A stretch of DNA of 63,420 nt, the filler included, from Craspedostauros australis (Eukaryota): the NCBI GenBank assembly GCA_030167865.1. It is 12 parts of 12 records of this genome, joined end to end, with 100 filler letters (N's around TTAATTAATTAA, not from the genome) between each part and the next. Parts side by side here need not be neighbours in the genome. Positions count along the whole stretch, not along the records: positions 49,069 to 54,016 come from JALAGF010006694.1; positions 54,117 to 58,725 come from JALAGF010006695.1; positions 58,826 to 61,485 come from JALAGF010006701.1; 9 more parts are not named here. One strand, given 5' to 3'. Positions 49,085-61,585 of this stretch are shown piece by piece; position 1 is the first letter of the stretch, and every line of letters starts with the position of its first letter. A program made the position numbers and the translations under genes. The notes below the pieces were generated by a model. The model worked only from the letters and a program-made list of their open reading frames with translations. It was not told where the DNA came from and did no database searches.

Positions 49085-50075
49085 TGGAGAAAGAGAGAAA
49101 GAGAGGACCCGTCCGCCTTCAGCACTGAACCTCTGAAGGTCAGTGCAGAGCCACACCATTCAGACCGACTATCGTTTCTTCATCCTACATCTCAAACTGA
49201 TCAACTCACAATGCAGACTATTCAAATAACTAATAGCACAACTCAAGATCAGCACTACAACACTAATCTACTCCATTGTCACATACTACTAATCTCAAGA
49301 CGGTCGCCACACGTTGACTTCACCATCAGATTCCTAGAATCTGGCAGTCAGCTAGGCCATCCCTTCCGGATCGTGTCACAACAGCACACGAAAATCCAAC
49401 TCTCATTATTACTTTTTTTGTTGTTCTTGATGGCAAATGATGAGACCAAGATTTCCATTTTGTTCCACGATCTTCTTTCTCCATTTTTGAAGTCGGTTGA
49501 GGTTCATCAAAGAATCGACTACTTCCCTATAGAGTGTCCTGTGTCGTCGCTTGAAATTGCTTTTTGCGCGTAATCGTCCAAACCCGACGACTGCCAGACC
49601 TTTCCTTGTTCTCCCCTCTTTTGAGTCACGAACCATTCCCGATCCCTATGCTACGGTCCGTCTAAACCAACCAACGCATGTGGGAACTATATGCTCCCCG
49701 GATCTTACCAGATCGACCCACCTGGATCCCCTTCTGCTGCCACGGCGTCCGCTGGCTATGCCAGCTTCGCCACGCGCAATCCACGCTGCTTCAACCACAG
49801 CAATGGAATCTTGATACAGGTCCAAGCTGCTGACTCCGGCTGCATAGCTCCCGTTGCTTCAACACCTGCTGAAGCCACAAGACCTCCTGCATGACATCGC
49901 CAGCAATCGAGAGGAGAAGGATAAAGGGGAAAGTACAGTCTCTCCTCAGCACCGAACCATGAGGATCAGTGCAGAGCCGTTCCAACGCAACGAATATCGT
50001 TTCTTCATCCTGTCTAAAGCAACACTAACTCATAATAACACAAGTTCAGATTAGTGCAACACTTCTACTCTATTC
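49085..50075. repeat. Diverged direct repeat pair (about 49085-49275 and 49905-50075)
   Basis: Shared blocks in the same order: TCAGCACYGAACC, TCAGTGCAGAGCC, TATCGTTTCTTCATCCT, CAACACT...CTACTC. Confidence 0.7.
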
Positions 50076-50598
50076 ATCGTATCAAGTTCTAACAGTCAAC
50101 TACGTTCAGGCCCGTGAGCTGCATCAATCGGTCTTCATCAGAAGCCGGCAGTCCACAAGGCCTACTCTGGTTCGTCTGCAAACGCACACGAACTCTAACT
50201 AAGTCATACTTTGCATTCTGTGTTTCACTCGCACAATTCTCTTCACCGGGTGTGCCACTGGAATGTTGCTGATCTTCATGCGGTGTGCCACTGACTTGTT
50301 GTTGCTCTTGATGCAGCTTGAGAGTATCTGTGATTCCTAACATACGACCTGCAGATCGCAAAAAAAATCCTCTCGATAACACTTGTTTGTATTGTTTTGG
50401 TGCCTTTTGAACGCTGGATTGCTCCGTATTGGTTTCTGTTGGGAGAATAGGCGATTCCGTACATAGAGTAGCTATTTCGTGTTTTCTCTCTCCGATCCGT
50501 CTTCTACGTCACACAGAATTCTTCATGGAGTACGTTGTGAAACACCAATCACAACACAACGTGGAGCATCACCAGCTGTGTGTTGTTGTGGTGAAATA

Positions 50599-52015
50599 GG
50601 GAGATATCGCATGTAAAATGAAGCCACCCCTGGAACCTGTCGTGGTGACAACCAGTGGGGAGCTCTCCCCAAATGTTCGCGTTCGCGTTGGATCTTGGAG
50701 GGACTGAAATAATCAAATTAATCATACGATGACGTCATCAATACTGTCTAGCCTTATCTATGCTGTTGAGTAGCCTTCCTCGGTGGAAGAATATGACAAC
50801 AGGAAGTTCCTTCCTCTCCACTTGTTGTTTCCATTCACAGCAAACAAAAATGAATGCTGAACGCTTCCACATGCATGTTCGTGCTTGTTGGTATCACTGC
50901 CTACTGTTCCGTTTCGGTGTTTCTGTCATACAGGTCATATGTAGCACTTGCCTTGTATGTGTTCCCACTCTAGATTTCCCCAAAGCACAGCCCTAACCCT
51001 CCTCCATCCCCAGACTGCTGCCGGCCCATCCACTGGCAGGCAGAGGTGATCCACGAGCTATGGCACATGATGCTGCAACAACGGTCTAGTCGGAACCACG
51101 CGCTTCACGAGGAAGGAGAGCGCGATGTGATGTCCCAGCGCATGGGATTTTACTTCCAAACACTCCAAGAGCTGCCATCATGGCCCATCCCCACCCACCT
51201 TTGCCAGCTCGCCCAGCAGGTCCCAACGTCGGAGCCACGACAGGCAGAATGGCTGTTCACTCTGCTACATGCTATGTCCCACATCGCAGCTACCGTTCCC
51301 CAGCGCAAAAAGCGTGGATGTGTCGCCGCATCTCCCAGCCTGAGAGCTGGAGCCCCGAAGCTGACCGCGTGGGCGCCGCCCCGTCTCCTGCCGTTGACGT
51401 CCAGTGACGCTTAGAGTAACATGCATGCTCTATCTACACCTACACTATCTAATGCACGCTATCTAATGCACACAATCAAATACACCACAAGGACAGCAGC
51501 TTCTCCAACATCATCCGTTCCTGCCGGATGACTCATGCAGAAAAACGCGGCGACACAAAGCGCCTACGGCGCATAGTTAATGACTATAATCTATGTGGTA
51601 AACAACAACTACGACTTCTCCAAAGCATGTCTCGACATGTGTGGAATTGGTTGCCTGAGGACAAGGCCTGCGCAGAGGCAAGGATCAGCTTCGTGCATGC
51701 TGCAACATGGCTGACTCGAACCGTTCACATCAACGTTAGTCTAGGAAAGAAACAAGGCAATTCAAGAACAATGAAGATGCGAACCGAAGAAACACATACG
51801 CTTCTGATTGGATAAAAAATTGTCAATTTATTTTGCTTCCGCGTGGAGTTCGTATTTGGCGGGACTCTTCAAATTACATGCCATGTCAAACGAAACTTTC
51901 GTTTGACATGGCATGTAATTTGAAGAAGCGAAATTCTCATCCACCCCCCAAAATATATGTCTCTATCAGGTTATTTTGGACCCTGGGACTCATCAAATTA
52001 CATGCGATATCTCCC
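50599..52015. mobile_element. Non-autonomous TIR DNA transposon (1417 bp)
   Basis: Perfect 18-bp TIR GGGAGATATCGCATGTAA (50599-50616) / TTACATGCGATATCTCCC (51998-52015), flanked by TA on both sides. No transposase. Confidence 0.88.
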
Positions 52016-52199
52016 TAATGTGTGAGAGTCTGTGTTAGATGGAGAAACATAAATTATGAGATTGTTCTGTTGTTGTGGAGAGGGCAGACACATCTGTGCC
52101 AGACTGACGTCGGCCAGACTATGACCAACCCCAACCCCCACGGTCGCTGGATGCAACACCCAGTGACCGGAACAACGTGATTAAATGTGCTATGTAAAG

Positions 52200-53283
52200 C
52201 TAAGTCGCAGGCCCAGCAGCAGACCAAAGGGGCACAAGGGCGCCAGAGACGTTGCCCCAATGACGGAAGAATGTAGGTGGCGCAGTCTGCTTGGTGCCCA
52301 TGTCGGCAGCATTGACGGCCGTACCGATATCCGCAAACGCAATGAGTTCGTTCTCCACCCACTGCTGCACAGCGAAATGGCAAATTTCAACATGGCGCGT
52401 GCGCCGGGATGACTGGCCTGCATTGGCGATCATGAGAGCGCCTTGATTGTCCTCGTATAGAATAGTGGCACTAAGCTGTGAGACGCCGAGCTCCTCGAGC
52501 GTGCACCGTAGGCAAAGAGCCATATGGCCGGCATCCGAGGCGCACAACAGTTCAGCCTCAGTGCTGGACATGACCACTGTAGGCTGTACCCGAGCCTTCC
52601 ATGCGACCGCGGCACCTGCCAGCTTGAAAACGATGCTGGACACAGATCGTCGGTGACGCGTATCCGTGGCCCAATCGCTGTCCGCGTACCCGTATAAGAC
52701 AGAGGGAGTCTCACCCGGATGCCGATGGAAAACGCCGTCCTGTACTGCAACTGCGAGTGGTAGTGGAGCATCCGGCAGACCCACGACACGTTTGGTCCGA
52801 TGATACGTGACCCCATGATCCAAAGTGCCATGAAGGTATCGAAAAATTCGTTTGACCGTTGTGAAGTGCAGTGCAGCAGGTCTCGCTGAGAACTGTGAGA
52901 GCTTGACCACAGGAAAAGCAATGTCAGGCCGACAGGTCACCATGGGCCAGATAAGCTCACCAATAGCCTGCCGATACGACCCGAATTTGGCTTGAATCTT
53001 TCGTAGTACGTCAGAATCAAGTGCCTCCGCGTCATCCAGGGCTCGCACGTGAGCGTTGCTGGCCGCCATGGGAAGTTCAGTGGTGTGCATGTCATCCCAG
53101 TTATGGCGTCGAAATACCTTGGCCAAGTATGTGGCATTGTGCATGGTGATGTGAGTGGACGTTTGAACAATGTCGGCCCCATTGAAATGTTGAAGCAGCC
53201 CAAAGCGCTTCATGGGAACAAAAAGGAATGCGTCGAGCTCGTCGCAGATTTTTCCAAACGTGTTGGCGCTGGCGCACGCGATG
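52200..53283 (-). mobile_element. Ty1/copia RT C-terminus and RNase H, family D (second copy at 53334-54016)
   Basis: YRQAIGELIW, CRPDIAF, GYADSDWA, SSTEAE, LYEDNQGA, RTRHVEI and NAADMGTK. A downstream G-rich PPT-like tract at about 52128-52140 is followed by TG. Confidence 0.92.
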
Positions 53284-54116
53284 NNNNNNNNNNNNNNNNN
53301 NNNNNNNNNNNNNNNNNNNNNNNNNNNNNNNNNCATGCGACCGCGGCACCTGCCAGCTTGAAAACGATGCTGGACACAGATCGTCGGTGACGCGTATCCG
53401 TGGCCCAATCGCTGTCCACGTACCCGTATAAGACAGAGGGTGTCAGGAATCGGGTGTTGTGAAACACCGAATTGCCGCACCTCTCAAGAGTGTGGAGTTG
53501 AGCATCGTGGAATGCTACATTACCGCACCTCCCAATAAGTCAAGAGCCAGGAGTCGAATGTCATGAAGGTATCGAAAAATTCGTTTGACCGTTGTGAAGT
53601 GCAGTGCAGCAGGTCTCGCTGAGAACTGTGAGAGCTTGACCACAGGAAAAGCAATGTCAGGCCGACAGGTCACCATGGGCCAGATAAGCTCACCAATAGC
53701 CTGCCGATACGACCCGAATTTGGCTTGAATCTTTCGTAGTACGTCAGAATCAAGTGCCTCCGCGTCATCCAGGGCTCGCACGTGAGCGTTGCTGGCCGCC
53801 ATGGGAAGTTCAGTGGTGTGCATGTCATCCCAGTTATGGCGTCGAAATACCTTGGCCAAGTATGTGGCATTGTGCATGGTGATGTGAGTGGACGTTTGAA
53901 CAATGTCGGCCCCATTGAAATGTTGAAGCAGCCCAAAGCGCTTCATGGGAACAAAAAGGAATGCGTCGAGCTCGTCGCAGATTTTTCCAAACGTGTTGGC
54001 GCTGGCGCACGCGATGNNNNNNNNNNNNNNNNNNNNNNNNNNNNNNNNNNNNNNNNNNNNTTAATTAATTAANNNNNNNNNNNNNNNNNNNNNNNNNNNN
54101 NNNNNNNNNNNNNNNN

Positions 54117-57100
54117 CGGTGCCAAGCCGCGTATCATCCGTGGCATCCTCGCCACTGGTCTCATGGGATAGTACTCGAGGTCCGTGCCTTCAGCAGCTTG
54201 TCTCCGAGTCACTTGTACTTCGTCCCTTTCGCTCGTCAGGATCCACATGATCCTGGCATTCCTCAGGCGCATATAGACTCGGCATCATTCCAGTGTTGAT
54301 GTGTTCGAATCTCTCTCGCCGTCGCGTTCGGTCTCAACATCCTGACTTGCAGCGATGAAGTCGATCACTCTCATCCTCCATTGGATAGCATCGATCCTCA
54401 TGCCTGCGACGTCCTTGTTGATGATTGACCCGTCTTGTTCGAAGTTGGGTCCGTCTGTTGCCACTGGAGCAGTCATTGTCTCCTGTGTAGTTGCGTAGCC
54501 ATCGTCATCTCCTGATTCTGATGCTTCGTTCGTCACCCTCATTGGGTATTGGTATATTGTGGTCAGCTGCCAGCTCTGTTGTCGTGTTGCCTTGCAACCG
54601 CGTTGTCGATCGCCTTCATCCTCGTCTGGATAGCATCGATTCATCATGCTGCAGCTTCTTCGTCGTGGGAGTTGTTGGTGGCCTCCTGCCATTCATTCTC
54701 CATTCATCTGAGGTTCCTCCCTTCTGGCTCTGTCATTCGATTCTTCATCCGACATGCCTGCGCCTCTCTCATTGATCGTATATCGATGCGTCTTGGCTCA
54801 CTGTATCTGGAATCCGTCCTTCATGGCTCCCGCTCTCATAGCTGTATCCTTTCCAGATTCGAGTCTCTCTCTCATCAATCTCATTCTCATCGCACATCGA
54901 TTTCATATCTGTGCTCGTAGTATCTCGCCGATCATTCGGCATCCGGTTCTTCTTGATCATCTGCCATGCTCATGCCATGGCTATATCACTGAACCGTACC
55001 ATCGTGGCCTCCCGCCATTCATTTCTCTTCTCGGGATCCACATGACCCCGTCATTCATCAATTGTGGTTGGATCCAGCATCATTGCGACATTTGCTTGCT
55101 CAGATCCCTCTCTGTTCTGTTGATAGCTTTATGCTAGGTTCGCAGTGATGAAGTCACCCAGGCTCATCCTCCCATGAGTGGTGTCAATCGTCATGCCTGC
55201 AATATCTCTGTTGAATCTTGACCCTTCTGTGTGAAAGTTGGATCCTCCTGTCGCCGGTAGTGTGGTAGTCATCTCTCGAGTGGTCTCATACCCCTCATCA
55301 TTCTCTGCTTCTGATTCTCCACTTGATCCGAGTTCTTGCTCCTCCTTTGGATGGGTGTATTGTTGCATCCCACGAGAGCACTCAGCATCCTCGGCATGTG
55401 CACGACAGGTTCTGCGATTGGGACTGTGTTTGGTGCGTTCTCGACCAAATCGTCTTGTCCCGTCTCATCGTCCCTTCCGGATTCATCGTCGTCGTCATCG
55501 TACGATTCATTGTCCCCTTGGATAGGGAGCAAGTCATCTTGCCCTCGAGCAGCGTCTTCTGTATCTGTATCGTCTCCGGCTCTTCTGCTCTGATCAGCGT
55601 CGTCGGTCTCCATACTTCGGATGGTGTCCGCACGTCGCTCCCAAGTCACTCTTCTATCTGGGGTACTCATCCCTGAAGTAGAGTCGTCATCTCCCAGGTC
55701 TGTCAGTACTGACCTGTTGGCATTCTCCATACTCTCGAATTGCTCACATGACGTATCCATCCATGTCACGTTCATCGTGATTAGGATCCTGGTCATCACC
55801 AGGTTCACTGTGCGGTCCATACCGCTTGCATGCGACTTCTGTATCCAATCAGCATCTGTTGGATTGGAGTGAAGTTGCTGTTCTCCAGCACGTCGTTGAT
55901 TGCGTACACATTGCGAGCCACGTCGAGTGCGCTCCGCACGCCAATCTCATGCATCATGTAGTGCTTATGCATCATGTAGTGCAACCCGCATGGGTGCACT
56001 CATCTGCACAGTCGNNNNNNNNNNNNNNNNNNNNNNNNNNNNNNNNNNATCGAAAGCTCGACGCGCACATCGGTGGCAGACGCCATGCTGCTCAACGAGT
56101 ATCGAGCCAAGAGGCAGATCGGACCTGCATTCATGTGCAGTCCTCTGCGCTCTTCATCACTCGTTTCGCCTTCGTTGTAGTTGGCGTTGCCGTCTTCCTC
56201 TTCATTCTCGGATGAAAAGGGTTGTCTGTTGATCCACTCCATCGTGATCTTTCGTAGACCCGTAGTAGCTATACACTCCTGGAGTGTACTCAGCTATCTC
56301 CTCCCTGGTCCACTCGTAGTCGTTGACTGGTGTTNNNNNNNNNNNNNNNNNNNNNNNNNNNNNNNNNNNNNNNNNNNNNNNNNNATCTCATGCATCATGT
56401 AGTGCTTATGCATCATGTAGTGCAACCCGCATGGGTGCACTCATCTGCACAGTCGACTCTCGAATTCGCCGATCGCGTCGTCGCAGATTATCGAAAGCTC
56501 GACGCGCACATCGGTGGCAGACGCCATGCTGCTCAACGAGTATCGAGCCAAGAGGCAGATCGGACCTGCATTCATGTGCAGTCCTCTGCGCTCTTCATCA
56601 CTCGTTTCGCCTTCGTTGTAGTTGGCGTTGCCGTCTTCCTCTTCATTCTCGGATGAAAAGGGTTGTCTGTTGATCCACTCCATCGTGATCNTTCGTAGAC
56701 CCGTAGTAGCTATACACTCCTGGAGTGTACTCAGCTATCTCCTCCCTGGTCCACTCNTAGTCGTTGACTGGTGTTCCGCTGTCGAAGTCGGAAACCCCAT
56801 CATTGTTGATTGTTACGAGTGCCATGTTGTTCGTGATCGCGTTGTCGTCGCGCATCATCGTGTGGTTTCTCATGGTCACATTTTTGGTCGTTGTTCGCGA
56901 TTTCGGTGATGGCCTCAAATTTCGCGTTGGTCACATTTTTGATGCCGACCACATTTTCGTTGATGGGCATAGACATCGGCTCGTCGGTTGTGATGAGAGC
57001 GATGTCATCCATCCCTTCCATCCTGTCTATCGCGACCTTGGCCGACCCGGCTTCCTTCATCTCACTCTCTCACTGCCATTGCCTCGTGCGCACTTATAAC

Positions 57101-58232
57101 CGTGTTTGATACGGTGGCGGTCGTAGATGAGGTTCATGGCTCTGCGGATGTCTGGAATCATCGTCTTCTCCGATGGCGAGGACACCTCTTGTTCCTCGTC
57201 TTTCGTATTGAGCCTGGGATCGAAGCGTGGAAGGACCTCCCGTCCAGCTTGTTCCAGCGCTTTCCCTTCTCGTCGAAGCACACACTTCCTGTGTTGCTGT
57301 TCTTGGCCTGGTAGGTTGCATCCTTACCATCTCGATCATCTCACAGTAGGGATCGCAGCCAGCACTCGAGCATGTATCACTCGATGGCAGTCGGTGCCGC
57401 ATGATCATCTCGATGCTTTCCATTGCTGCTCCTCGCGTTACCCTTTGATGTGATCGCGACCGTGGGCCATGCCCATCTCTGTGTAGATCTTGATTGCTCT
57501 TCATCTTATCATCCCTGCCTGCATGCTCGATTGCGTCGCGCGCGCCATGCGCACAGACGTTCAGCATCAGCGGTCCGTGTTGCTCCTCGTCCATTCTCGG
57601 CTTCCATATCGACCGAGTGCTGATGAGGCAGCTCCATTCTTGCAGGGTAGGTTGGAAGCTCTCATTGCTTCCTCAATTGCATCTCGTTGAGCTCCGTCAG
57701 CTGTCTCGCCCTCATGGCGCAGTCTGCTGAATCCGATGCATCCGAGAGCGTGGCCTGCTGCTTCCAAATCTCTTCTTGCGTGCAGCTTGCTCTCGTACTC
57801 CAACATAGCCGTGAAGGTCTATATGCCTTCCTCGACTTCATGGTCCCATGACCATGGACAGTTCTTCCAATGCGTGTGTCGAGCGCCCTCCTTGCTTCCG
57901 GCAATACATGTAGTGTCTGTACTTGCCTCAGCTGCGGTCTCCACTCTGCTGGTGGACTCGCGGTGGTGCTCGACTCGATCATCATCATCGTCTTGACATC
58001 GTCGTTCGTGTGGGGGTTACCATGCCGATCTTGGCATCCATTGGCAAGGAGCGTCATGCTCCAGAGCGGCTTGCTCTTCTCTCTCTCTCTCTTCACACAG
58101 GGGACCATTACTCGCGATGGTCTTGAGTGTAAGTGGTGGTCATGTCGATGATGGTGATGTTGGCTAGTGTTGGTGGTGGTGGAAACGTTGGATTTCAATC
58201 ATAACGTTTCGAAACGTGTTGGAAATCCGGGG
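54117..58232 (-). mobile_element. Heavily degenerated copia derivative sharing the family C leader
   Basis: 58175-58232 is nearly identical to 46638-46695. Colinear relic motifs: WSMTLLANG (Gag), IPDIRRAMNLIY...HGY (post-protease) and GVYSYYGST...MEWIN (integrase C-terminus). No RT or RNase H motifs seen. Confidence 0.65.
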
Positions 58233-58667
58233 NNNNNNNNNNNNNNNNNNNNNNNNNNNNNNNNNNNNNNNNNNNNNNNNNNNNNNNNNNNNNNNNNNNN
58301 NNNNNNNNNNNNNNNNNNNNNNNNNNNNNNNNNNNNNNNNNNNNNNNNNNNNNNNNNNNNNNNNNNNNNNNNNNNNNNCAGTGCTGTCCTCCTGCTTCAT
58401 CATGTCATGCAGCATGTACTCCATGTACATCTCATCTTGCAGTATTGGTTCATCTCATCATGCATCTCATCATGCATCTCATCATACATCTCAGATATTC
58501 CATCTCCTGCCCTCTACCAATAGTTTCGTTAGCGTAGACATCACTGAGTCGTAGGCATCACACAAATCGGCTCATTCGATCAGATCAGGGTTTCCCATTC
58601 GTCACGGGAACACCTTGGTTGGGAGCTCATTCAGCTCCTCGACCATCCCACATCTCCGATCGACTCC

Positions 58668-58723
58668 GATCGTTTCTCTCCAATCGTTTCTCTCCGATCG
58701 TTTCTCTCCAATCGTTTCTCTCC
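58668..58723. repeat. 14-bp tandem repeat RATCGTTTCTCTCC x4
   Basis: Directly visible. A CATCTCATCATR x3 array also lies at about 58451-58490. Confidence 0.9.
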
Positions 58724-58825
58724 GANNNNNNNNNNNNNNNNNNNNNNNNNNNNNNNNNNNNNNNNNNNNTTAATTAATTAANNNNNNNNNNNNNNNNNNN
58801 NNNNNNNNNNNNNNNNNNNNNNNNN

Positions 58826-61485
58826 CTAGCTATGTCACGCTTGCTTGGTTTGCTCGGTGGAGGTCTGGATGGTGTGTCATGTGTAGACCTCGCTGGTGTA
58901 TTCGGAGGGCTGACATCTGTCTCATCATCGGCTTCGTCGCCGGAGGGTAGGATTTCGTCATCCTCATGATTGGATTCGCTCCGATCTTCCTCGTCATTCT
59001 GGATTAGTTGAGTCANNNNNNNNNNNNNNNNNNNNNNNNNNNNNNNNNNNNNNNNNNNNNNNNNNNNNCTGTTGCTGTCAGCGAAAGATACTCTCTTCGC
59101 TTCCGATGTTTGACGCGTTGCCGTCTTTGGCGTTGCTCCCTTCCGTCCGATGGTTGTGAAGCCGTCTGCGTCCGTGGTTCCTATTTCGTTGGATATGTTC
59201 GATGCTGGTGCCCAGCCACGGAACTGTCCGTATGATTGGTTGAGCCATTTGATGTCTCGTGAACAGATGAGTGACTTGGTTGATGCTCTGTACATGTTGT
59301 AGACCCCTGATGCATGTTGGTGTGCATATCCGATGAACACCATCTCTTCTCCTCTATTCTTGAGTTTGGCGGTAATCCCGCCGTAGGTGGTCTTCACGAC
59401 ACCCACCTCTCCGAAAGTGCGGAGTGCATCCGCATATGGTGGATCGTTGTCGAAGAATTGTCGATGTGGTGACTCCTTCTGATTCTTCGCTACAGTGATA
59501 TTGGCGATGGCGGTGGCAGTGCTAGCAGCTGCTGCCCACAGGCCATGTCTATACTCTTCGTCGAGTTGTGCTCCGTTGAGCATGGAGCGGATCTTGGTGT
59601 AGAGGTACGCGAACTTGCGCTCCACTCTGCCGTTCTGTTGCGGCGTGTTTGATGCCGTGAATTCGAATTTCACATTGAGTCCTGCATCGATGAGAATATC
59701 CTGCGTGGATTTGTTCTCTCCGCTGTTGTCACCTCGGAAGATGATCTGTTGGTCACCAGTCTGTGATTTGATCGTTGGAACGAATTGTTTGATGTACCCT
59801 GGTTGATCACTCTTGTTCTTGAGGAAGAAACTCCAGCAGTGATCCGTGCAGTCGTCCACGATCAGGGTCCAGTAGCGTTTATCTCCAAAGCTTATGTGTT
59901 TAGTGTAACTAATGTCAATGAAGAGCCGTTCGCCGCAGCGAGTTGCTCTTGGAATGGTTGCCTTCGGGATGTTCTTCACTCTTGCGTTCGCGACCGCGCA
60001 GTCGCGACATACCAGCATCTCGCCGATGATCTTCCATCCGTACTGGGCGGCTGTCCGCTTCATGGTTTCGAGTGGCGCGTGCCCGAGCATTCGATGCAAG
60101 TTCACCGCGCTGATCTCCTTGGATGGATTCTTGANNNNNNNNNNNNNNNNNNNNNNNNNNNNNNNNNNNNNNNNNNNNNNNNNNNNNNNNNNNNNNNNNN
60201 NNNNNNNNNNNNNNNNNNNNNNNNNNNNNNNNNNNNNNNNNNNNNNNGATCCGTTGATGATGTCCATCAGAATGCCGTTGTTACCAAGCTGGTAACCGTT
60301 GTACAGAGCCTTGTTCGTGGAGAAAAGGTTCATCGCCATCTTGGGTGTGTACTTCACATCATCGAGCCGGATGATGTGGCCAGTGTTGTCTCGTTGCTTG
60401 ACCTTCAAGCGAATGGANNNNNNNNNNNNNNNNNNNNNNNNNNNNNNNNNNNNNNNNNNNNNNNNNNTGAAGAGAGCGGCGTCCGAATTGACGATGTGAC
60501 ACGAAGCTCCGCTGTCGGCGAGCCAGGTGTCCTTGTTGACCTTGTCCTTGTGTTTAGTGCTCAGCTCATGGAGCTGCTCCACGGCTGCTGTAGCCATCTC
60601 GTCCATGAGGCCGTCTGCCTCTTCATCTTCATGCACTCCATCTTCGTTGTATGGATTGTGATCCTCGTCAGCTTCGTCGTCGCTTGGTAGTTCAGCGAAG
60701 CTCGCTGGGACGGTGCTGTTACGATGAAATCCAGTGACCGTGTCATACGGTGTGACGCGTGGTCGCTCGCGCAGGAGCACCTGCATGCATCCTCCGAGCA
60801 CGTAGTGTAAGTCCAGTTCAGAGAGTTCCTCCTCTTCGTTTGCTTGCAATAGTCGGTTGAGGATGGCTGCGTTTGCGAGGATCTCTTCAAACGATTTGAA
60901 GTTATCGGATAGGATGGTGCTTACCATGTTCACCCAAATGTATCGCAATGGCTCGTTCACGAACCCTGGGAACATCGGTAATGCAGCTGTTAGAACCGCG
61001 TCGTAGATGAGCTGCTTCTGCATTCGTTTTGCAGTGACCGTTGGTTCCGGGAAGGTCTGGAGTCGGTAGATGTCGTCGACTCTTCTGGGATTTGGTTCCG
61101 ATGGGAATTGGATTCGGATTGGATAGACGACGTGTTCATATGGATTGAACGCATCGNTTGGACGGTCCTCAGCTTCGTCGCTGTCCTCTTCATCGAAGAT
61201 GCCCGTTCTCTCGTTTCGCATTGCTGGAGGATGCGGCGCCTCGGCGCGGTTCGCTCCATCTCTGATGGTGTCGTCGTCGTCTCCATCTGCGCCATCCTCG
61301 TCGGCGTCTTCGTCGGCGTCTTCGTCGTCTTCGCTCATTGCCTCTTCGATGTCGCTATCGATGGCCTCGCTGTCCATCTCGGCTCCGTCGCCGTATGAAC
61401 TGATCAGGTCGTGCGCGTTGAAGCAGCATTCGTAGCTTACTTCGCGTCTTGGATCCACCTCGTGGATGATTGGCTCCTCGCTGAG
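58826..61485 (-). mobile_element. Ty1/copia family A fragment (extra module, protease, complete integrase core)
   Basis: Near-identical to 12722-14405, then RGDNSGE, TPQQNGRVER and FIGYA. The frame is open apart from gaps. Confidence 0.95.
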
Positions 61486-61585
61486 NNNNNNNNNNNNNNN
61501 NNNNNNNNNNNNNNNNNNNNNNNNNNNNNTTAATTAATTAANNNNNNNNNNNNNNNNNNNNNNNNNNNNNNNNNNNNNNNNNNNN

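Noticed and set aside
58668..58723. Short repeat arrays as possible CRISPR
   Set aside because: Contiguous tandem units without unique spacers, eukaryotic context and no cas genes.
5904..61541. Regularly recurring TTAATTAATTAA (piggyBac TTAA sites or a dispersed repeat?)
   Set aside because: Always embedded in about 44 Ns per side. It is an artificial six-frame-stop spacer, so adjacency across it has no biological meaning.
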